Shown here: positions 10,281 to 18,206 of the stretch, in pieces
Position numbering within the stretch: position 1 is the stretch's first letter
How the letters are laid out: every line of letters begins with the position of its first letter
Origin: Candidatus Latescibacterota bacterium
GTDB taxonomy: Bacteria; Latescibacterota; UBA2968; GCA-2709665
Reading direction: 5' to 3'
Length of the DNA: 64,000 nucleotides
Assembly (NCBI GenBank): GCA_963662665.2
Contig: CAXXJS010000031.1
Coordinates: 64,001 to 128,000 of the forward strand
Notes under the pieces: model-generated
Told to the model about the DNA's origin: nothing
The model's database searches: none
The model's input: only the letters and a program-made list of their open reading frames with translations
Made by a program: the position numbers and the translations under genes

Positions 10281-11557
10281 GCTTTCAGGGCCCTGTATTG
10301 CGCTTCAACCGATCGTTCGATATCCGCATCGGTATGCGCCAGCGAAACAAACGTCGCTTCAAACTGGGACGGCGCGAGATACACGCCCTGTGCCAGCATC
10401 AGCCGAAAGTAACGCGCGAACGCCTCCTGGTCGCACGCCACCGCGGCTTCGTATCGTGTGACCGGTCGATCCGAAAAGAACAGGGTCAACATGGAACCGA
10501 CCCGGTTCAGACGAAACGGCAACCCCAGCGTCTTCAGATTTTCCCGGAAACCCGCTTCCAGCGCTGCCGCCTTTTCCTCCAGCGCCTCATAGGCGCCCGG
10601 TTCCCCCAGTTGCCTTAGCGTCTCGAAACCGGCCGTCATGGCAAGGGGATTTCCGGAAAGCGTCCCTGCCTGGGATACCCCCTTACCCAGCGGCGATATA
10701 TGCGACATGATCTCCCGCCTGCCCCCGAAAGCACCCACCGGCAGCCCTCCACCGATAATCTTCCCAAGCGTGGTCAGATCGGGCGTGATCCCGTACAACG
10801 CCTGGGCGCCCCCCGGATGGACCCGGAAACCGGTAATCACTTCGTCGAAAATCAACACGATGCCCGAACCGGCCGTGAGCTCGCGCAGCCCTTCCAGAAA
10901 TCCCGCGGCAGGTGGAATCACGCCCATATTGCCGGCCACCGGCTCGACGATAATGGCCGCGATTTCGTCCGGGTTCTCCGCCGCGATCCGCTGCACCGCC
11001 TCCAGATCGTTGTAGGGCGCGGTGACGGTACCCGCCGCAGTGCCTGCGGTCACGCCCGGGCTGCTGGGCACCCCCGTGGTGAGCGCCGACGATCCCGCCT
11101 GAATCAGAAAGCTGTCGGCGTGCCCGTGCCAGCACCCCACGAACTTGATGACCTTCTCCCGTCCGGTATACCCCCTCGCCAGGCGCACGGCGGACATGGT
11201 AGCCTCGGTGCCCGAGTTCACCATGCGCACCATTTCCACGCCTGGCACGAGGTCGGTGACCCGTTCGGCCATTTTGACTTCGATTTCCGTGGGCGCACCG
11301 AAACTGGTTCCCCGTTCGCAGATCCGCTTGACCGACTCAACCACGCCTGGCGGCGCATGACCCAGAATCAGCGGACCCCACGAGCAGACGTAGTCGATAT
11401 ATTCCTTGCCATCCGCGTCGTATACCTTCGACCCGTTTCCCCGCGTTATAAACAACGGCTGGCCGCCCACGGGGCCGTACGCCCGCGCCGGGCTGTTCAC
11501 CCCGCCCGGAATCACCCGTTGCGCCGCATCGAATAACGCAACCGAACGGTCGTTCAC
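10268..11557 (-). CDS. hemL: Glutamate-1-semialdehyde 2,1-aminomutase
   Basis: [59 protein letters not shown]; GTG start with RBS TAAGGGGG. Confidence 0.95.
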   Translation of the reverse strand: MNDRSVALFDAAQRVIPGGVNSPARAYGPVGGQPLFITRGNGSKVYDADGKEYIDYVCSWGPLILGHAPPGVVESVKRICERGTSFGAPTEIEVKMAERVTDLVPGVEMVRMVNSGTEATMSAVRLARGYTGREKVIKFVGCWHGHADSFLIQAGSSALTTGVPSSPGVTAGTAAGTVTAPYNDLEAVQRIAAENPDEIAAIIVEPVAGNMGVIPPAAGFLEGLRELTAGSGIVLIFDEVITGFRVHPGGAQALYGITPDLTTLGKIIGGGLPVGAFGGRREIMSHISPLGKGVSQAGTLSGNPLAMTAGFETLRQLGEPGAYEALEEKAAALEAGFRENLKTLGLPFRLNRVGSMLTLFFSDRPVTRYEAAVACDQEAFARYFRLMLAQGVYLAPSQFEATFVSLAHTDADIERSVEAQYRALKACAA

Positions 11558-11614
11558 GAAAACCCCCTTATCGATCAGCGGAATTGCGTCTTCAGAGTGC
11601 AGGACGCCAGCCCT

Positions 11615-11797
11615 TGACAGCCGGTTGAAAAAGTCCATCCGGGCTGCGACCTGCCTCGCGGGCTTCAGCAGGCAATCCGGCTGTTGTGGCCGAATGACTG
11701 CACTGTGCCACCTCACCGAATCCCACAATCCGACTCGGTCACCCGCCCTGTCTTCGGTCACGATTGCCCGGGAGCAACATTCGCAACAGACTGTTAA
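11615..11797. mobile_element. MITE-like element, copy 1 (degenerate)
   Basis: Ends TGACAGCCGGTTGAAAAAGTCC and CAACAGACTGTTA; internal similarity to 30919-31249 and 52559-52657. Confidence 0.7.
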
Positions 11798-11824
11798 TCT
11801 TTGGATTTTGAACGCCATTGTCAA
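11796..11824 (-). promoter_or_regulatory. Possible sigma70 promoter for hemL
   Basis: TTGACA-17 nt-AAGATT on the minus strand; the -10 match is weak. Confidence 0.35.
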
Positions 11825-11840
11825 GTGGCGATTTTTGGCC

Positions 11841-11868
11841 TTGCAACAAAACCGCCGAAACGTATATT
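11841..11868 (+). promoter_or_regulatory. Sigma70-type promoter for the tRNA-like gene and possibly uvrA
   Basis: TTGCAA-16 nt-TATATT, 14 nt upstream of the tRNA-like element. Confidence 0.6.
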
Positions 11869-11882
11869 TGTCCAACGCCTTC

Positions 11883-11948
11883 GCGGCAGCAGCTCACATC
11901 CGGCTTCGGACCGGACGGTTGGGGGTTCGAGTCCTCTCTGCCGCACCA
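11883..11948 (+). tRNA. D-arm-less tRNA-Arg(UCG)-like gene (atypical tRNA or pseudo-tRNA), 66 nt
   Basis: Acceptor GCGGCAG/CTGCCGC plus ACCA; anticodon arm TCCGG-CTTCGGA-CCGGA; variable loop CGGTT; T-arm GGGGG-TTCGAGT-CCTCT; D region reduced to CAGCTCACA. Confidence 0.85.
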
Positions 11949-11950
11949 TC

Positions 11951-11980
11951 CAAAGCCCCGGTCACCCGATCGGGGCTTTG
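11951..11980 (+). terminator. Hairpin / weak intrinsic terminator after the tRNA-like gene
   Basis: CAAAGCCCCGGTC-ACCC-GATCGGGGCTTTG with only a short U tract. Confidence 0.65.
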
Positions 11981-11995
11981 CCTCCCCGATCCTCC

Positions 11996-14767
11996 ATGCC
12001 TCGTACCAACGACGCCATCCGAATCAGGGGCGCCCGTCAGCATAACCTGCGGGGTCTCGACCTCGATATACCTAAAAACCGGTTCGTGGTCATCACGGGG
12101 CCCTCCGGCTCAGGGAAATCCTCGCTCGCGTTCGATACCATTTACGCTGAAGGGCAGCGCAGGTACGTGGAAGCGATGTCCGCCCACGCGCGCCGTTTCC
12201 TGGAGGTAATGGAGAGGCCCGACGTGGAGAGTATCGATGGCCTTTCTCCCGCCGTGGCCATTCAACAGCGCCGCGCTTCCGGAAACTCCAGATCGACGGT
12301 TGGCACCCTTACGGAGATCCACGACCATCTCAGGATACTCTTCGCCCGCGCCGGTCTGCCGCATTGCCCGAACTGCGGCAACCCCATTGCCTGCCAGACC
12401 GTCGGTGAGATCGTCGACACCGTACTCGGCCTGCCGGACGGCGCGCGGCTGCGGATTCTCGCGCCCGGGATACGCAACCGGAAGGGCAGCCTCAACCAGG
12501 AACTGGAACGCCTGCGGCGCGACGGATACGTGCGCGTGCGAATCGACGGACGCGACCGCGCACTGGACGAAGAGATTCGCCTGGATCCAACGCGGACGCA
12601 CACCGTCGAGGCGGTTGTCGACCGTCTGGTCGTCCGCCCGAAAATCGAGCGCCGGCTGGCCGACTCGCTGGAAACCGCGCTGGCCCTTTCCGGCGGTATC
12701 GTCGTCCTGGATATCCTCGAAGACCGTGAATTGAGCTTTTCCACGCAATTCACCTGCAGAAACTGCAACATCGGTTTTGAGGAACTGACGCCTCGTATGT
12801 TCTCGTTCAACAGCCCGTACGGCGCTTGTCCGTCCTGCGACGGCATAGGCATGAAGGCCGATATCGACCCTGACGGGATCGTTCCGGACAAGAGCCGTTC
12901 AATCGCGGAGGGCGCCATCGCTCCATGGGGAGTCCCCAGAGGACGCGCGACGCTCGATTTGCTGCAACGCCTCGCGGACCGATACCGTTTCGATCTCGCC
13001 GCGCCATTCGGTTCTCTTTCACCCGGAGCGAGGGAGGCCATTCTGTGGGGCGATGAATCCCTCCGGTTCGACGGAGTAATCCCGCCCCTCAACAGGCGGA
13101 TTGCGGATGCCGCGTCGGACCATGGCGGATCCAGGCCGGATTCGTACGTCCGCAACGCAGCATGTAAAGACTGTGCCGGCGCCAGGTTGCGGACACAGGC
13201 CCTGGCAGTCAGAATCGCCGAAAAAAACATCGCACAGGTTGCGGCGATGTCCATCGATCAGGCCTTCGAATTCACGGAACGTCTGAAGGGAACGTTGGCG
13301 CCCCCGGAGGTCGTTGACCCGATTCTACTTGAAATCCGCAACCGGCTTGCCTTCCTGAGGGACGTGGGTGTGGGTTATCTTACCCTTGAACGAAACGCGG
13401 CATCGCTCTCGGGCGGCGAAACGCAGCGTATCCGCATGGCCACGCAGATCGGCGCGCGCCTGTCGGGGGTGCTCTACGTTCTGGACGAACCCAGCGTTGG
13501 ATTGCATCCAGGAGACAACCGCAAACTCATCCATACGTTGCAGACGCTGCGCGACCTCGGCAATACGGTTCTGGTTGTTGAGCACGATCGGGAAACCATG
13601 CTTGCCGCGGACCATCTGATCGACCTCGGTCCGGGAGCGGGTGAGAAGGGGGGCGAACTCATGGCTCAGGGTACCGCCCTGGAAATTATGGCGGACGGAA
13701 AATGCCTCACGGGCGCGTACCTCTCCGGCCGGAAGTCCATCCCCCCGCCTCCGGACAGACGGCAACCCTCCGGCCGGATCGTCTTGAAGGGCGCGCGGGG
13801 GCACAATCTCAAGTCCATCGACGTCGCCCTCCCTCTGGGCATTCTTGTGTGCGTGACCGGTGTCTCCGGATCCGGAAAGAGCACTCTGATAAACGGTACG
13901 CTCTATCCGGCACTGGCGAACAGGCTGCACAACGCCGCGGTCAAACCCCTTGAACACGACGGTGTCGAAGGCATGTCACAAATCGACAAGATCATCCGAA
14001 TCGACCAGGCGCCGATCGGCCGGACACCCAGGTCAAATCCTGCCACCTACACCGATCTCTTCACAGACATCCGCGAACTCTACGCGCAGCTTCCGGAATC
14101 CAGGGTTCGGGGCTATACGCCCGGGCGATTCAGCTTCAACCTGAAGGGCGGGCGTTGCGAGCCCTGCCAGGGCGACGGCCTGCGACGCGTTGAAATGCAC
14201 TTCCTTCCCGACGTCTACGTGACCTGCGACGCCTGCGGGGGAAGCCGGTACAACAGGGAGACCCTGGAAATTCGTTTCAAGGGCTGTTCGATCGCCGACG
14301 TACTGGACATGACGACGGAGAGGGCGCACACCTTCTTCAGAGATATTCCGGGCGCCCGGCGGAAACTGAAAACGCTATTGGAGGTGGGTCTGGGATATAT
14401 CCGGCTGGGACAATCGGCAACCGCGCTTTCCGGAGGTGAAGCGCAACGCATCAAACTGGCCTCCGAACTTTCCCGTGTGGCCACGGGAAAAACCATGTAT
14501 ATTCTGGACGAGCCGACCACCGGGCTGCACTTCGAGGACATCCGGTCGCTCATCGCCGTTCTGGACCGGTTGGTCGACAAGGGCAACTCCGTCGTTGTGA
14601 TCGAACACAACCTGGACGTGGTCAAACGGGCCGACTGGATTGTCGACCTCGGTCCCGGAGGGGGAGATTCCGGCGGCCGGGTCATCGCCGAGGGGGCCCC
14701 GGAGCGTGTTGCGGCGGCACCGGCCTCCCGGACCGGCCGCTTTCTAAAAGAGGTGATCGCACTATGA
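11996..14767 (+). CDS. uvrA: Excinuclease ABC subunit A
   Basis: IRIRGARQHNL, GPSGSGKSSLAFDTIYAEGQRRYVE, zinc fingers, two ABC signatures LSGGE, GRTPRSNPATYT. Confidence 0.97.
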   Translation: MPRTNDAIRIRGARQHNLRGLDLDIPKNRFVVITGPSGSGKSSLAFDTIYAEGQRRYVEAMSAHARRFLEVMERPDVESIDGLSPAVAIQQRRASGNSRSTVGTLTEIHDHLRILFARAGLPHCPNCGNPIACQTVGEIVDTVLGLPDGARLRILAPGIRNRKGSLNQELERLRRDGYVRVRIDGRDRALDEEIRLDPTRTHTVEAVVDRLVVRPKIERRLADSLETALALSGGIVVLDILEDRELSFSTQFTCRNCNIGFEELTPRMFSFNSPYGACPSCDGIGMKADIDPDGIVPDKSRSIAEGAIAPWGVPRGRATLDLLQRLADRYRFDLAAPFGSLSPGAREAILWGDESLRFDGVIPPLNRRIADAASDHGGSRPDSYVRNAACKDCAGARLRTQALAVRIAEKNIAQVAAMSIDQAFEFTERLKGTLAPPEVVDPILLEIRNRLAFLRDVGVGYLTLERNAASLSGGETQRIRMATQIGARLSGVLYVLDEPSVGLHPGDNRKLIHTLQTLRDLGNTVLVVEHDRETMLAADHLIDLGPGAGEKGGELMAQGTALEIMADGKCLTGAYLSGRKSIPPPPDRRQPSGRIVLKGARGHNLKSIDVALPLGILVCVTGVSGSGKSTLINGTLYPALANRLHNAAVKPLEHDGVEGMSQIDKIIRIDQAPIGRTPRSNPATYTDLFTDIRELYAQLPESRVRGYTPGRFSFNLKGGRCEPCQGDGLRRVEMHFLPDVYVTCDACGGSRYNRETLEIRFKGCSIADVLDMTTERAHTFFRDIPGARRKLKTLLEVGLGYIRLGQSATALSGGEAQRIKLASELSRVATGKTMYILDEPTTGLHFEDIRSLIAVLDRLVDKGNSVVVIEHNLDVVKRADWIVDLGPGGGDSGGRVIAEGAPERVAAAPASRTGRFLKEVIAL

Positions 14768-15405
14768 TCCGTATCGACTTCGGCACCCTGTACGAATTTG
14801 AACGGGAAGACAATAACCGGCGCCGGGAAAACCGAAAGAAAATCCAGGACTTTCTTAGCCTGTGCGAAACCCACGACGCAACAATCGTCGAACAGCGGGA
14901 CTGGAATACGCGAGACCTGATCCACTTTCTGGGTATCTCACCCAACCTCGTTTTCACCATTACAATTTCAGAAAAATATCTGGGTGTTCAGACCAGCCAG
15001 ATCCGGGAAAAATTCCAGACGTTCAAGGCCGAATACGTTTCCGTACCCGACCGGCACGCGGTGTCACTGGAACAGCCTCCCGCGGACAAACTGGGCATGC
15101 ACGACGTGGTGAACTGCTCGGCGTGCGGGAAAAGAACACCCTACGACGGCTACTTTCAGCACTGTGTGCGCTGCGGCGAAAAGTTGGATACGATGGTAAA
15201 ATCCTGCAAGACCTGCAGTAACGGCGTCCTGTACCATCCGTCGTACGCCTGTTGCCCGATATGTGGAACCGAACTCCAACCGGATTACGACAGCCCTCCT
15301 CTGAATGAACTGGACCCTCACGGCCTGATCTGGGGCATATCGAACAAAGAAGAAACCGCCGAAGAAGGGGAAGACCTCTTCGGCGGCGGTGGTCCGCTCG
15401 GGTAA
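14764..15405 (+). CDS. Hypothetical protein with C-terminal double zinc ribbon
   Basis: Four CxxC motifs (CSAC, CVRC, CKTC, CPIC); ATGA overlap with the uvrA stop. Confidence 0.75.
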   Translation: MIRIDFGTLYEFEREDNNRRRENRKKIQDFLSLCETHDATIVEQRDWNTRDLIHFLGISPNLVFTITISEKYLGVQTSQIREKFQTFKAEYVSVPDRHAVSLEQPPADKLGMHDVVNCSACGKRTPYDGYFQHCVRCGEKLDTMVKSCKTCSNGVLYHPSYACCPICGTELQPDYDSPPLNELDPHGLIWGISNKEETAEEGEDLFGGGGPLG

Positions 15406-15487
15406 TTCTTGTCCGGGTCCCGCACTCCCGCGTGCCTCACTCGCAGCCGCGTTACCTCCTGCCACTCACGTCGAACTCGCTTCCATT

Positions 15488-16060
15488 TCACGCGCCCGCG
15501 CCCGGATCGTAGACGAAGTTATTTTCGGCGTCGGTCAGCAGGGGGAGTTCGAGGTCCTTCCCTGATAGTATCGGATTGGAAACCGGCCAGTCGATGCCGA
15601 TGGCCGGATCGTCCCAGACAATGCCACGGTCGAGATCCGGCGCGAATTCGGCGGTGACCTTGTATACGAATTCGGCCTCGTCGCTCAACACGCAGAACCC
15701 GTGCGCAAAACCCTCGGGAACGTAGAACATCCTGTGATTCGCTTCAGACAGCACAACACCCTCCCACTGCCCGAAGGTGGGTGCGTTCTTCCGGATATCC
15801 ACGGCCACGTCGAACACCTCGCCCTTGACAACCCTCACCAGCTTGGCCTGCGCCCTCGGGTGCAATTGATAGTGTAACCCCCTCAGGACGTCCCCGACCG
15901 AATGGGAGTGGATATCCTGTACGAACCCGACGGAGATTCCGTTCGCCTCGAAATCGGATTTCCTGTAGGATTCCATCAGAAAGCCGCGGTTGTCTTCAAA
16001 AACCCGGGGCTCGACCAGAATGAGTCCGGGAATTTTCAAGCCTTCAAACCGGAATGGCAT
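15488..16060 (-). CDS. rfbC: dTDP-4-dehydrorhamnose 3,5-epimerase
   Basis: DNRGFLMES, VLRGLHYQ, QAKLVRV, GFAHGF, ILSGKD. Confidence 0.95.
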   Translation of the reverse strand: MPFRFEGLKIPGLILVEPRVFEDNRGFLMESYRKSDFEANGISVGFVQDIHSHSVGDVLRGLHYQLHPRAQAKLVRVVKGEVFDVAVDIRKNAPTFGQWEGVVLSEANHRMFYVPEGFAHGFCVLSDEAEFVYKVTAEFAPDLDRGIVWDDPAIGIDWPVSNPILSGKDLELPLLTDAENNFVYDPGAGA

Positions 16061-16103
16061 CCAACTTCCTTTCCCGGGGAAGTACGTACGACGCGGATCA
16101 CGA

Positions 16104-17132
16104 CTATCCGGACGACACCTGCTTCCAGCCTTCCTCGTCCACGTCCAGGCGTTTCAGCAGGGGTTCCCACCAGTTGCGATTGTCGGCGTACCAGCGTACG
16201 GTTTCCTCATACCCGTGTTCAAAAGAAATCTCGGGACGCCAGCCGAGTTCGGTACGTATCTTATTCGAATTCAGAAGGTATCTGCGGTCGTGTCCGGGGC
16301 GGTCGGGAACGTAGACCTTGTACGACCCGTCCATCGCCAGTACATTCAGAATTGTGTCCGCGATCGTCTCAACGTCCACCTCAACGCCGCTCCCGACGTT
16401 GTACGTTTCCCCGATCTTTCCATGTTTCAGGATCAGGTCGATCGCCCGGCAGTGGTCCTCCACGTGCAGCCACTCCCGTTTGTTCCGGCTGCTCCGGTAG
16501 AGCGTCATCTTCTTTCCGTTCAAGACCTGTGTGACGAACAGGGGAATTACCTTTTCCGGGAATTGATACGGCCCGTAGTTGTTCGCGCAATTGGAAATCG
16601 TAACCGGCAGCCCGAACGTGAGATGGTACGCCCGGACCGCCAGGTCGGCCGCCGCCTTGGATGCATTGTACGGCGTACGCGGCTGATAGGGGTCATCCTC
16701 GGAAAAGCTCGCTTCCGAATCCAGCGGCAGGTCCCCGTAGACCTCGCAGGTTGAGATATGGTGTACCCTGGGCACGCCGGCATCGTGCGCAGCCTGCAGG
16801 AGACGCTGAGTCCCAAGCACGTTGGTCTCGAAGAAGACGTCGGGATTGACCACCGCGCGGCTGTTGTGCGACTCGGCGGCGAAGTTCACGACATAATCCG
16901 GCCGGTGCCGTTCGAAGAGACCTCGAACCAACTCAAAGTCGCCGATATCACCTTGAACAAACTCGTACCTGCCGGCACAGGTTGCGACCACGTCGGCCAG
17001 GTTCTCCGGATTACCCGCATACGTGAGCAGATCGTAGTTGATTACGCTGTCGTCCGGGTATCTGGACAGCCAGTACCGGACAAAGTTCGATCCGATGAAC
17101 CCCGCTCCTCCCGTCACGAATATCCCGCCCAT
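16104..17132 (-). CDS. rfbB: dTDP-glucose 4,6-dehydratase
   Basis: TGGAGFIGSNF, LTYAGN, NFAAESH, YNASK, NNYGPYQFPEKVIP, DRPGHDRRY. Confidence 0.93.
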   Translation of the reverse strand: MGGIFVTGGAGFIGSNFVRYWLSRYPDDSVINYDLLTYAGNPENLADVVATCAGRYEFVQGDIGDFELVRGLFERHRPDYVVNFAAESHNSRAVVNPDVFFETNVLGTQRLLQAAHDAGVPRVHHISTCEVYGDLPLDSEASFSEDDPYQPRTPYNASKAAADLAVRAYHLTFGLPVTISNCANNYGPYQFPEKVIPLFVTQVLNGKKMTLYRSSRNKREWLHVEDHCRAIDLILKHGKIGETYNVGSGVEVDVETIADTILNVLAMDGSYKVYVPDRPGHDRRYLLNSNKIRTELGWRPEISFEHGYEETVRWYADNRNWWEPLLKRLDVDEEGWKQVSSG

Positions 17133-17141
17133 AGTGGTCCC

Positions 17142-18119
17142 CTATAAAAACAAAAACCCCGTTGACGCCAGGTAAGCTCCGTAAATCGCGAGCAGCACGA
17201 ATCCCTCGATCCGGGTCAGACGGTGGCCCGTGCGCATCATGAAAAGCATCGCAAAAACGATCACCAGCATCGCTGGAAATGAAAAGTGGATTACTTTTTG
17301 CGTCACCACGAGTGGATTGACCACGGCGGATGCACCGGCGATCCAGCAGATATTCAGGATATCGGCGCCCAGGATATTCCCGACCACGATCTCACCGTGT
17401 CCTCTCCTGGCGGCCGTCACCCCGGTTGCGATCTCCGGCAAGGACGTGCCGATGGCAATCACCGTAAGCGCAATCACCGCTTCGCTGACGTCCAATGCCT
17501 TGGCGATGACCACGGCGGATTCCACGATAAAATGACTGGATATCAGTACCCCGACCAGTCCAACGCAGAACCAGAGCATCAATGTCCCGAGAGCTCGTCC
17601 CTCAATGGAAGCCTCGATCTCCTTCAGTTCCTCCATCCGATTCCCCTCGGCCTCGGATGAACGACGGCGTGTCACGTAGGTAAAGACCGTGTATGCCACG
17701 AAGAGGAGGAGCAGTACGCCGCCCTCGATCCGATCCAGCGTGCCGTCGAACGCCATCGCGTAAGCCGCCAGATCCACGACAATCAGAAAGATCCCTGTCG
17801 TCCGCAGCAGGTATGGGTTGATGAGGATCGGGGTGCCCACCACAAGCACACCCAGCGCCAGAGCGACGCCGTCGTCCACAATCACCGACCCGATGGCATT
17901 GCCCAGCGCCATTTCCGGATGCCCTTCGAGAGCGGCCAGTACGGATACGGCCAGTTCCGGCGAGGTTGTCGCCAGGCTCACCAGTACGATACCGATCAGC
18001 ATTTTCGGCACGTTCAGGTATTCGGCAATCCCAACAGCACCGTCCACAAACCACGAAGCGCACTTCGCAAACACCACGAAACACAACGCCAGAACGCCTA
18101 CCGCAACCGGTATACCCAT
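17142..18119 (-). CDS. Calcium/sodium antiporter (CaCA, YrbG family)
   Basis: Two alpha repeats, ATTSPELAVS..ALGNAIGS and GTSLPEIA..VGNILGAD; about 10 hydrophobic segments. Confidence 0.9.
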   Translation of the reverse strand: MGIPVAVGVLALCFVVFAKCASWFVDGAVGIAEYLNVPKMLIGIVLVSLATTSPELAVSVLAALEGHPEMALGNAIGSVIVDDGVALALGVLVVGTPILINPYLLRTTGIFLIVVDLAAYAMAFDGTLDRIEGGVLLLLFVAYTVFTYVTRRRSSEAEGNRMEELKEIEASIEGRALGTLMLWFCVGLVGVLISSHFIVESAVVIAKALDVSEAVIALTVIAIGTSLPEIATGVTAARRGHGEIVVGNILGADILNICWIAGASAVVNPLVVTQKVIHFSFPAMLVIVFAMLFMMRTGHRLTRIEGFVLLAIYGAYLASTGFLFL

Positions 18120-18206
18120 AAACAACAAGCCTTTGTCAATTCACGTAGCAACTGGACAACGATCCCGTACGGCAGCGTGTCGGGCCTGACTTCCGAACCC
18201 CCCGGC

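Noticed and set aside
11883-11948. tRNA fragment as an attL/attR scar of an integrated element
   Set aside because: Both 5' and 3' acceptor strands and a promoter are present, the flanks are housekeeping genes, and no duplicate 3' end or integrase is seen in the window.
11801-11995. N-terminal extensions of uvrA and hemL given in the ORF track
   Set aside because: They run through the promoter, tRNA-like and MITE sequences; homology starts at 11996 and 11557.
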